Below, piece by piece: positions 27,675-36,106 of a stretch of DNA of 64,000 bases. Every line of letters begins with the position of its first letter. Positions within the stretch are counted from its first letter, which is position 1. The stretch comes from an uncultured bacterium. GTDB lineage: Bacteria > Patescibacteriota > Microgenomatia > Levybacterales > UBA12049. A program made the translations under genes and the position numbers. Under the pieces are notes generated by a model, which had not been told where the DNA came from, did not search any database, and was given only the letters and a program-made list of their open reading frames with translations. The DNA lies in NCBI GenBank assembly GCA_963826535.1, contig CAWGXL010000011.1, positions 192,809 through 256,808 of the forward strand, given 5' to 3'.

Positions 27675-30323
27675 TCAAAAGAGAGGGAATATATCAAAAA
27701 AGCTAGCGTCCGGGTTCTCGCCCCTACATTCTGGTTCCGGAGTGGATTTGTCGTCCCAGCAAGGGATATTCTGCGAATCTTTATTGTCTTTTACCCAAGT
27801 AGACGTTTGCTCGGGTTTCTCACCCTTGCATTCTGGTTCCGGAGTAGCTTTGTTGTCCCAGCAAGGGATATTCTGCGAATCTTTATTGTCTTTTACCCAA
27901 TTGTCCTTGACAGGCAGTGCGGGTTGATCGGGTTGCGCAGGCGGCTGGGGTTTATTCACTTCACATTCCTGTTTGGGTGTTTCAAGGTCGTCCCAACATG
28001 TGCCGCCTGCTCCGGATGGATCCGGCTTTTGTACCCAATTTCCTCCGGCGGGTTTTGCAGGTTGCGCAGGCTTGTCAGGTTGCGGCTTGACAGGATCCGC
28101 GGGTGGTACGTATCCCTTCTGACCAGGAGCGCGTAGGTTGCCCGGGGGATCCGATTCGCATTCTTTTACTTCAGTGGTTGTTGTGTCGTCCCAGCAGCCA
28201 CCTTCATATTCTACATAACTTGGTTTCGGCTGGCCGTCGGGACCGGGCTGAAACTCGCTGGCGGAGCAACCCGTTATATTTAAGGCGGTTCCGGCACTAT
28301 CAATACTTTTCCGTGCGGCAGTACATGAAGCTTCAGTATCACCGCACTTTTCTGCTGATGTATTTCCATCCTTATTCGTATAAGAGAAGCACCATCGTGT
28401 TTGTTTGGGAGGAAGTGCTTGATCGCAAGGCACAACTTTATTCACACCATTTATTTCCTTATTACACCATTTCGCCTCTGGCTCACTTTTGGTACTAGCC
28501 GGTATCTGGCAACGCGGGTCGTTGGGATCCTTGCAAATGCCGGGTATTTTTAAGATATCAACTACGATTAGCTGAAAAATAACAAAGGAGAAAATAATAA
28601 ATATAAGTCCAACTATAGCCGCGATTAACTGATCACGTCCCTGTTGTACTTGTTCCGGTTTGCCTGATGAGGTAATTAGTTTATAGCCGGCAAAAATCAT
28701 AAGAAGCAGCGCTATTCCTCCAGCGAAACCGAGGAGGATAGTAAAGAATCTTAATACGAACGCGGCCGGATCGGTGGGGATATCCTTTGTGTCATCCGTA
28801 TCGCCGGAAAAGGAAGTACGGATTTTTTTACACCCCCCTGTCTCCAACCACTCGACACATGGGGGAGAAGGATTAATAATAGTAGTCGGTTTTGGAACAG
28901 TGGTCGGCTCAATGTATTGATTCGCGGTTTCTACATCAACAATACCCTGATCTACAAGTTTGGCTATAGTGTTGTCATCCAGGCCGGTAAGTCCAAACTT
29001 TTTCAGGACGCCTTTTACGTTATCTATAACTGATGGATCGCTGGCAACTCCGCCCGGTTGGCCGCAACCTCCCGATGACGGAGCGCTGCTGTTTCCGCTT
29101 GGTTGCGATGTGTTCCCGGTTGGGGCTTGTGCTTCCTTCCTACATAATGTAACCGTATGATTGACTGACTTGAATGCTTCTTTTTTATCATCGCACAGCG
29201 ACTGAGTAGCGTCGCACTGCACGCCTTTCACACCCCAGCGATTTGTCGCTGTAAAACAAAACAACTCAGAGACCGATGGCTTAGTGGATGTGCCTTCGCA
29301 TTCGTTAATATTCGGAGTCAGAATGTTATCGCAATCGCTGGGCGGACTGGTGGTGTCGGCCAAAACGTCTCCTCCCCTAGGCCCGGTTTGGGTGCCTTGC
29401 ACGCCGGTTGAGTTTTGTGCGGGTTGTTCAACACAACCTGTGACCGTATGCTTGGCTACCTCAAATACCTTTCTCATACTAATGCAATCATCTTTAGTAG
29501 CGGAGCACTGAGGACCTTGTGCGCCAATCTCGGGTTGAGCTGTTGAATCGAAGCACCATTTTGGTTTGGCTCCACTTGGCGGAGTGTCCGAGCATTTTTC
29601 GACAATATTCGGAGTAACAGTACTATCGCATTTTTCATCTCCGCCTTCTGGCAAATTTTCTCCGCTTGGCGGCGGTTTGGCCGCGCCGGAGCCGGATTCG
29701 CCTCCACAAGTTATTGCCTTCATAATACCTTCTGGACTAAAAATACCTAAATCTTTGAGTTTGCCTACTGTACTGGAGGGTATCTTAACGCCAAACTGAC
29801 CCAGGAGAGAATGTATTGTGTCCTCTTGAGTAAAAATTCCCTGAAGCCCGCCCTGCAATATCCCTCCGAGACCGAGCGCACCCCCCACTTCGTCTACTAA
29901 AATATCTTTTAAACCCACGCCATTTAAAAATTTATCCATTATCGGCGATAATGACCCAAGACCGGCGTATCCCAAGATGCCCTTTGTTATAGCGCCATAG
30001 TTTTCCTGAGCTATGAAGTCATAAGTCTCTCTACCTACAGAATAGATTTCATGACCTGTTTTAACTGTTTCAATAATCCCCATCAATTGCTCGCTTTGCA
30101 GTACATAATCCTTTGCTTGTTTTACTAACCCCTGGGCTTGCAGTGCTAATTGCCCGATATCTTCTGTTAACCATTGAGCATTTGCCCGTTGAGGATATAA
30201 AAAATAAGAAGCTGCGGTTGAAAAAACTACCAAGGACAAGATAATTGCTATAAATAACTTTTTCACTCCTTCCAGCATGACAAAAAATGATAAAATTTGC
30301 AAGAGGAGTGCGAATCTTGACAA
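27675..30323 (-). CDS. Large secreted/membrane-anchored Cys-rich repeat protein with an internal VirB2/TrbC-pilin-like double-TM hairpin
   Basis: Signal peptide. Two 70-aa 8-Cys modules. Central segment FFTILLGFAGGIALLLMIFAGYKLITSSGKPEQVQQGRDQLIAAIVGLIFIIFSFVIFQLIVV has two hydrophobic helices split by a short basic loop. C-terminal tandem repeats WVKDNKDSQNIPCWD-K-TPEPEC. Nucleotide tandem repeat of about 90 bp at 27736-27905. Confidence 0.5.
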   Translation of the reverse strand: MSRFALLLQILSFFVMLEGVKKLFIAIILSLVVFSTAASYFLYPQRANAQWLTEDIGQLALQAQGLVKQAKDYVLQSEQLMGIIETVKTGHEIYSVGRETYDFIAQENYGAITKGILGYAGLGSLSPIMDKFLNGVGLKDILVDEVGGALGLGGILQGGLQGIFTQEDTIHSLLGQFGVKIPSSTVGKLKDLGIFSPEGIMKAITCGGESGSGAAKPPPSGENLPEGGDEKCDSTVTPNIVEKCSDTPPSGAKPKWCFDSTAQPEIGAQGPQCSATKDDCISMRKVFEVAKHTVTGCVEQPAQNSTGVQGTQTGPRGGDVLADTTSPPSDCDNILTPNINECEGTSTKPSVSELFCFTATNRWGVKGVQCDATQSLCDDKKEAFKSVNHTVTLCRKEAQAPTGNTSQPSGNSSAPSSGGCGQPGGVASDPSVIDNVKGVLKKFGLTGLDDNTIAKLVDQGIVDVETANQYIEPTTVPKPTTIINPSPPCVEWLETGGCKKIRTSFSGDTDDTKDIPTDPAAFVLRFFTILLGFAGGIALLLMIFAGYKLITSSGKPEQVQQGRDQLIAAIVGLIFIIFSFVIFQLIVVDILKIPGICKDPNDPRCQIPASTKSEPEAKWCNKEINGVNKVVPCDQALPPKQTRWCFSYTNKDGNTSAEKCGDTEASCTAARKSIDSAGTALNITGCSASEFQPGPDGQPKPSYVEYEGGCWDDTTTTEVKECESDPPGNLRAPGQKGYVPPADPVKPQPDKPAQPAKPAGGNWVQKPDPSGAGGTCWDDLETPKQECEVNKPQPPAQPDQPALPVKDNWVKDNKDSQNIPCWDNKATPEPECKGEKPEQTSTWVKDNKDSQNIPCWDDKSTPEPECRGENPDASFFDIFPLF

Positions 30324-30363
30324 GCAATACTTAATTACGCTACTGTTATTGTAGATAACAATT

Positions 30364-30921
30364 ATGATGAACAGGAAAAAGCTAATAGTTGGCGGAATTA
30401 TCGGAGTTATTATAGTATTTATTTTGGCGACTGTATTGCTGACGCCGCAAGAAAAACCTCCATTGCCCGCAGGAAATCAGATAAGTCCGACCGCGGGACA
30501 ACTTATCCGGGAAAACGCACCGTTGGATTACGATGAGTTTTTAAGCAGCGGAAGGTCGGAGATCTGCACTTTCGCGGTGACACAGGAAAATCAAAATGTT
30601 AGCGGGCTCGAGGTTCCATCTAAAATATCAACAGGAACCATCTTCGCGGCAAATGGCAAGATAAAAGGTGAATTTACGATGACTACCAGAGACGGGACAC
30701 TCCAACAGCATGTACTTGTTGATGCGTATACAGCATATTTATGGAATAATGTGAATAATGGCGGAGTTAAGTTTCTTGTGGGAAAGGAATCGCCGGATAA
30801 GTTAATCAAACCGCCACTGGTTTACAATTGTAAAAGCTGGACGCCAAATAATTCTGTATTCCAACTTCCGGTGGGTGTAGTATTTACCGAAATTACAGAT
30901 TTTAACGCGAGCACTCCCTGA
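30364..30921 (+). CDS. Hypothetical membrane-anchored/secreted protein
   Basis: N-terminal TM LIVGGIIGVIIVFILATVLL followed by a soluble domain. No motif recognised. Confidence 0.3.
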   Translation: MMNRKKLIVGGIIGVIIVFILATVLLTPQEKPPLPAGNQISPTAGQLIRENAPLDYDEFLSSGRSEICTFAVTQENQNVSGLEVPSKISTGTIFAANGKIKGEFTMTTRDGTLQQHVLVDAYTAYLWNNVNNGGVKFLVGKESPDKLIKPPLVYNCKSWTPNNSVFQLPVGVVFTEITDFNASTP

Positions 30922-30953
30922 CGGCCAATAGACTTCTTTTGAAAAAGCGCAAT

Positions 30954-32351
30954 TTAAATATCTCCGTTGAACCAGAAGTCTGCGGGGGTGGGATAGAGCA
31001 GGCTCTGTTGCATCTCCAGATTCTTCACCTCAAGATAGTTCTTTATCAAACTCGCAGCAAAAACTCCACTTTCTACTAAAATTTTATCTTTATTCAAACT
31101 TTCCAATGTCTCAAAAAGTGTGTGAGGTGTTTGCTTTAAGCTTCCTTTTTCCCAAATATTCTCGTCGTACGGACCGAAGCCTAATTTTACCGGGTCTAAT
31201 TTCTTCTTAATACCATCAATTCCGAAAACGAGTAGCGCCGGGAAGGCAAGATAAGGGTTAGCTGCAGGGTCGGGACAGCGGAATTCGAGACGTTTTCCTT
31301 TCTCCATATTTTTATAATATACCGGGATTCTAATGGCAGCGCTTCTATTTCTTTTGGAGAAGGCTATCGCGGTTGGGGCTTCAAAATGAGGCACAAGCCG
31401 GCGATAAGAATTCAGAGTCGGGTTGGTAATTGCCAGAAGTGTGCGGATATTTGTGAGAAGAGCGGCAAGATAGGAAAGAGCCGATTTTGATAACTCTCCA
31501 TATCCCTTGGGATCGAAAAACACATTTTTTCCATTTTTAAAGATACTCTGATTGGTATGCATTCCGGAACCGTTATCTCCAAAGATGGGCTTGGGTAAAA
31601 ATGTAGCATGCATGCCATACTTTTTGGCAAGATTGCGGGCGACGTATTTATATTTCATAACTTTATCCGCCATATTCACCAGACTGTCGAATCGCATATC
31701 AATTTCTACTTGTCCGGCAGTCGCGACTTCATGGTGGTGCACCTCAATTGGAACACCGATTGACTCGAGGATTGAAGTCATTTCCGATCGAAAGACTTGA
31801 AGTTTGTCCTGAGGGGGGACAGGAAAATAGCCGGTTTTGGGAAGGATTTTGCTACCGTCGCTTTCCTCATCCGGAAAATCCGGAATTTCGTCACTTCTAA
31901 TTTTTATATATGAATCGTGTGAACCTAAGTGAACAGAGAGTTTATTTAATACAAAAAATTCTATCTCCGGTCCCCAGTAGGAGACATCGCCAATGCCTGT
32001 TTTTTTCAAATAAATTTCGGCCTTTTTCGCAGTGAAGCGCGGATCTCTTTCAAAAGGTCCTGCGTCACCGGGATTGTAGACGTCGCAAATACAGACAAGT
32101 GTTTTTTCGAAGAAAGGATCTATAAAAAGTGTAGCTAGATCGGGCCTTAGAAGCATGTCGCTTTCAAATATACTGCAGAATCCTTTGATGCTGGAGCCGT
32201 CAAATCCGTAACCCTTTTCAATTCCCTGCATTGAAAATTCATGGGCGGTAAGGGTCATATGCTGCCAAACTCCACGCAGATCAATAAAGCGAAGGTCTAC
32301 AAACTGAATGTCACTTGATTTAATTAATGCAAAAGCTTTTTTAGGATCCAT
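30954..32351 (-). CDS. glnA: Glutamine synthetase type I
   Basis: 465 aa. N-terminal beta-grasp DIQFVDLRFIDLRGVWQHMT. Catalytic-domain motifs (e.g. GMHTNQS-like, NPYLAFPALL). Confidence 0.85.
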   Translation of the reverse strand: MDPKKAFALIKSSDIQFVDLRFIDLRGVWQHMTLTAHEFSMQGIEKGYGFDGSSIKGFCSIFESDMLLRPDLATLFIDPFFEKTLVCICDVYNPGDAGPFERDPRFTAKKAEIYLKKTGIGDVSYWGPEIEFFVLNKLSVHLGSHDSYIKIRSDEIPDFPDEESDGSKILPKTGYFPVPPQDKLQVFRSEMTSILESIGVPIEVHHHEVATAGQVEIDMRFDSLVNMADKVMKYKYVARNLAKKYGMHATFLPKPIFGDNGSGMHTNQSIFKNGKNVFFDPKGYGELSKSALSYLAALLTNIRTLLAITNPTLNSYRRLVPHFEAPTAIAFSKRNRSAAIRIPVYYKNMEKGKRLEFRCPDPAANPYLAFPALLVFGIDGIKKKLDPVKLGFGPYDENIWEKGSLKQTPHTLFETLESLNKDKILVESGVFAASLIKNYLEVKNLEMQQSLLYPTPADFWFNGDI

Positions 32352-32360
32352 AGTTTACTA

Positions 32361-32490
32361 AAACTCAAAATTCAAAGCACCAAATCACAAATAATATCAA
32401 AATTCAAATTTCCAAAATTCAAAACGTTTTGAATTTATTGCTTTGAACATTTGAATTTATTTGGGATTTGTAATTTTGAATTTGTAATTT
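32361..32490. repeat. AT-rich extended palindromic intergenic element, copy 2, abutting the glnA start on the opposite strand and upstream of the UbiA gene
   Basis: AAAATTCAAAACGTTTTGAATTT core. Tandem GATTTGTAATTTTGAATTTGTAATTT. Aligned with 17097-17223. Paired changes tccaaa/tttgga to ttcaaa/tttgaa. Confidence 0.45.
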
Positions 32491-32645
32491 ATTTTTGGGG
32501 ACTTCGATGTCACCGAATTTTAGTGAGGACTTCTTTGTCTTCTTGTCTTCGTAATGAAGATAATGATATTAAAGCACATTAATATTGCTGTGTCAATAAT
32601 TATAAACAAGACTTATGCTACAATTTCTTTATAGAAAAACTGCGT

Positions 32646-34256
32646 TTGGCTGCCAAAAATATACCTATGAGCCTTGAATCATGGCTTATTTCTTTTGTGG
32701 GAATAACATTGGTCAGGACTTTTATTGAGCAGTTTTCAAATGGTGACCGTTTGCGATTTGTTCTGATTGATCCACCAACTATCATCCATTATTCTATCTT
32801 TTACCTTTGTGCCGCAGTATGCATCATGACAATATTTATGCTCGCAGGTGGTAAAACAAAAACAGAAAAAAGAAAAATAGATATGCGGGAAATTACAGGT
32901 TTATGTATTTTTGGCGCCTTAATAATTTGTCTGCCTCCAATTATAGATCTTATAATTGGCGGAAAGGGCGGTTTTGTTATGACTTACCTTTTCTTACCTC
33001 CTGACGAGCTTTTAGTGAGATTCCTTACTTTTTTTGGCGGTCATATTTCTCTAGGCGCAACTCTCGGGATTCAGGTTGAGGTGGCTATAATAACTATTGC
33101 ATCTTTTTTTTATATACGATCGGTTACCGGAAAGGCGCTGCGAGCAGTTGTTACTGCGCTCTCAGTTTACAGCATTATTTTTATTCTCGGAGCCTTGCCA
33201 TCAGTGGTCAGTTTGATTACACCAATTCATACAACTGTACAACAGACATTTTTAGAGTCAGTGACGGGGTCGCATATCATCACAAACAATATTCATCCCG
33301 GATTTACAGGTTCACCCTTAGCGCTAATCGACCTTGGTTTTAACAAGATCATGACTGCGTTCTTTACTTTAATTACCATCTTTTCAGGTACAGTATTTTT
33401 TTACCTCGGAACCCGTGAAAAATTCCTAATGATTATAAAAAACAGCCGGCCGGAACGAATTTCACACTATCTTTTACTTATCATACTAGGTGTTATATTT
33501 GGTGGCTTGGGGGTCCCATGGAATTGGATAGATGCGATAGCACTTCTTTTAACTTTGGTCTCGTTTGCAAGCGCATGGCTATTCGCTGTTTGCCAAAATG
33601 ACATTCACGACGAATCCATTGACCGCATATCAAACCCAAATCGTCCTTTGATAAAAGGGGGCTTGCCCAAAAGTGATCTAGTCTTTGCCTCAAAAATATT
33701 TCTCATCGTTGCGATAATTTCTGCCTATGCAGTAAGTCTCTACAGCGCGTTTTTCGTGGTTTTATTTATTTTCCTTTCTCACATTTACTCAATCTGGCCG
33801 CTTAGGCTTAAGAGGTTTCCAATGGTGGGATCTTTTATTATTAGCCTGGCCTGCCTATGTACTGTGCTCGCGGGCTTTTTCCTTTTTCACCAGGACAAAA
33901 GTATCCTGGCTTTTCCTTTAAAATTTATAGTATGGATCGTCTTAATTTTTACACTTAGTTCAAATGTGCGCGATATTAAAGATATTGCCGGAGATAAGGC
34001 GGATGGGATACAAACTCTGCCGGTCATTTTTGGTGAAAGAAGAGGTAAGCAAATTATTGCCATTATGGTTGCATTTGGATTTATTGTTACGCCTTTTTTC
34101 TTCTGGATTGAAGCACTTATGGTGCCTTCTATTGCATGCGCAGTGCTATCTTACAAGTTTATAACAGAAAGTAATTACAAGGAGAAAAAATTCTTTTACG
34201 TCTATCTTACATATTTTGCACTACTTATACTGTGCATTTTATTTAATATCAGGTAA
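32646..34256 (+). CDS. UbiA-family prenyltransferase with an N-terminal polytopic extension of about 280 aa
   Basis: C-terminal half has UbiA motif 1 NDIHDESIDRISNPNRPL (NDxxDxxxD) and motif 2 RDIKDIAGDKADGIQTLPV. 536 aa, all membrane. Confidence 0.65.
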   Translation: MAAKNIPMSLESWLISFVGITLVRTFIEQFSNGDRLRFVLIDPPTIIHYSIFYLCAAVCIMTIFMLAGGKTKTEKRKIDMREITGLCIFGALIICLPPIIDLIIGGKGGFVMTYLFLPPDELLVRFLTFFGGHISLGATLGIQVEVAIITIASFFYIRSVTGKALRAVVTALSVYSIIFILGALPSVVSLITPIHTTVQQTFLESVTGSHIITNNIHPGFTGSPLALIDLGFNKIMTAFFTLITIFSGTVFFYLGTREKFLMIIKNSRPERISHYLLLIILGVIFGGLGVPWNWIDAIALLLTLVSFASAWLFAVCQNDIHDESIDRISNPNRPLIKGGLPKSDLVFASKIFLIVAIISAYAVSLYSAFFVVLFIFLSHIYSIWPLRLKRFPMVGSFIISLACLCTVLAGFFLFHQDKSILAFPLKFIVWIVLIFTLSSNVRDIKDIAGDKADGIQTLPVIFGERRGKQIIAIMVAFGFIVTPFFFWIEALMVPSIACAVLSYKFITESNYKEKKFFYVYLTYFALLILCILFNIR

Positions 34257-34287
34257 TTGAGTTGAGTAACGTAAAAATTTGTAGTTA

Positions 34288-35385
34288 TTAAAAGTTGGAT
34301 GAGCCTTTATATACTTTGGGAGCTAACCAATCATTGGGAGCATCTTGTTCATCAGGAGCTTCCTGTTCGTCCGGAGCTACCATTGGCGCAACTTGCGCAT
34401 CCCGAGCTTTTTGTTCTACCATTGGCGCATCATCTTCAGCCCAAGGATTTTGCTCTGACTTTGGCGCTGCTTGTTCATCCTGCTTCCCTTGTGTTATTTC
34501 AGGCTCAACTGTAGGAAATCTAGGTTCAGGTTTTGCTTGTGTTTTTTGAATCTCATTTGTTGGAAATCTAAGTTGCGGATTTGCCGGTTTTTCTTGTGGC
34601 CTAGATTCACGAGCGTATCTTTGACTTGGTTGTTTTTGCGAGGTGGTAACAGATTCCCGACGGGCTCCATTTCTCATAAGAACTGAGGCTATCTCAAAAG
34701 CCAGGGGGCTTGTTGAATCATCCTGGAAATTTTTGGTAGCGTAGATAATGCCACTCATCAAATTTTGGGCAACATCCTGATCAATGCGTAAACCTAAAGA
34801 AAGGACGATATCCGCAACCAGTTCGCTTACTGAGGAGAAATCAGGTGAAACGGCAACAATATCACCGTATCCTTGATTTTCCTGTTTATTATCGATATTA
34901 ATTATTTTCGTATCGCGTATCTTATCAGAACTTATAATATCTCCAAGATCAGACAAAATGGGTGTACCAATAACGAACAGCAAGCTGAATGCGGCTCCTC
35001 CACCTTTGGTATATTTGACATCTTTTTCATCGAAGGTAAGCTCTTTTCCTGCGGCTTTTACTATAATATTGAGAAATCCATTTTCTAAAGTGTATGAGAC
35101 CTTTTCAATTTCACCTTCAACATATGGGAATGAGACAACTAAATCTCCTCCATCAGGACCTTCAAGTTTATTTGAGACTTTGTCAATGCCTACCAGATTT
35201 GATAATTCTACTATCGGCTGCGTGGGACAAGCAATGGTGACATTCTTATTTGCTTCTTTCAGCAATAAGTACAAAGATAATGAGGCTGCCATTTCATCCA
35301 TTGATGGATTTTTACCGAGCGTTATTGCGATATTATCGTTTTTGGAGAGCTCCTCTTTAATTTTTTGTATTAAAGCATTATCCAT
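34288..35385 (-). CDS. NrnA-like DHH-family protein with degenerate catalytic motifs and an acidic Pro/Glu/Ala-rich C-terminal tail
   Basis: NIDNKQENQGYGDIVAVSPDFSSVSELVADIV parallels the NrnA segment KIDHHPNEDPYGDLLWVDTSASSVSEMIYEL, with DHH replaced by DNK. The N-terminal DxD region is replaced by PSMDE. No DHHA1 domain. Confidence 0.45.
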   Translation of the reverse strand: MDNALIQKIKEELSKNDNIAITLGKNPSMDEMAASLSLYLLLKEANKNVTIACPTQPIVELSNLVGIDKVSNKLEGPDGGDLVVSFPYVEGEIEKVSYTLENGFLNIIVKAAGKELTFDEKDVKYTKGGGAAFSLLFVIGTPILSDLGDIISSDKIRDTKIINIDNKQENQGYGDIVAVSPDFSSVSELVADIVLSLGLRIDQDVAQNLMSGIIYATKNFQDDSTSPLAFEIASVLMRNGARRESVTTSQKQPSQRYARESRPQEKPANPQLRFPTNEIQKTQAKPEPRFPTVEPEITQGKQDEQAAPKSEQNPWAEDDAPMVEQKARDAQVAPMVAPDEQEAPDEQDAPNDWLAPKVYKGSSNF

Positions 35386-35395
35386 AGGTCTAAAA

Positions 35396-36106
35396 CTAAC
35401 TATGGGATAGTATCATATCCCCCACTTGTATGTCAAGAGGGGTGGCAATAAGCAAACCTGCTTCATGGCCTTTTTCAACCTTGGAAACCGGATTCTTGCC
35501 TACCCGGAGGGAGCCGATTGACGCTTCGCCCAGCACAGATTCCCCACGCATGATACGAATTCTGTCTCCACGCGCCACCCTTCCGGCGTTAACTTGAACC
35601 CCAAAAGCCACGGTTTTCTCAAAGGGAAATTTGGCAAGTACTTTGGCTTTACCAAAAATTTGTTCCATTTGAGCCTGTAATTTCCCCTCAAGCGCGTCTT
35701 TTATTTCGTCAAGCATCTCATAGATAATTGAATAGTTACGCAGAAGTACTTTTTCAGTCATGGCTAGCTTGAGGATTTCCGGACGTATTTTGGTATTAAA
35801 ACTCAGGACAATACTACCGGTTGATTTGGCGAGCAAAACATCAGCTTCAGATACTTCGCCGGTTTTCTGCATAATAATCTTTATTTTTTTAGGTAGCGCA
35901 TAACAGATCGCTTCGAGTGATCCTTTGGTGTCGGCCGCAAGGATTACAGAAAGGGTTATTTCTTCATCTTTTTTTTGATATACCGATTCTCTTTTTAGGG
36001 GTTGCGCCTGTGCCTGAGAAGCCTGGACTAAAGCTGTATTGGATTTTGAACTAATTATACTTCCAACAGCCGGAACATTCTTCGAGACCGAGTATTTCAA
36101 CCGCAT
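35396..36106 (-). CDS. infB: Translation initiation factor IF-2, C-terminal half (domains C1-C2). Separated from the G-domain half by a frameshift.
   Basis: SVILAADTKGSLEAICYAL matches IF-2 (VNIVLKADVQGSVEAI). NVPAVGS follows the EILGL motif of IF-2 domain II. Confidence 0.7.
   Translation of the reverse strand: MRLKYSVSKNVPAVGSIISSKSNTALVQASQAQAQPLKRESVYQKKDEEITLSVILAADTKGSLEAICYALPKKIKIIMQKTGEVSEADVLLAKSTGSIVLSFNTKIRPEILKLAMTEKVLLRNYSIIYEMLDEIKDALEGKLQAQMEQIFGKAKVLAKFPFEKTVAFGVQVNAGRVARGDRIRIMRGESVLGEASIGSLRVGKNPVSKVEKGHEAGLLIATPLDIQVGDMILSHS

Noticed and set aside
27736-27905. Tandem ~90-bp direct repeat that could superficially look like a repeat array
   Set aside because: It lies within a continuous ORF and encodes the repeated peptide module WVKDNKDSQNIPCWD.K.TPEPEC. 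There are only two units, no spacers and no CRISPR-like structure.
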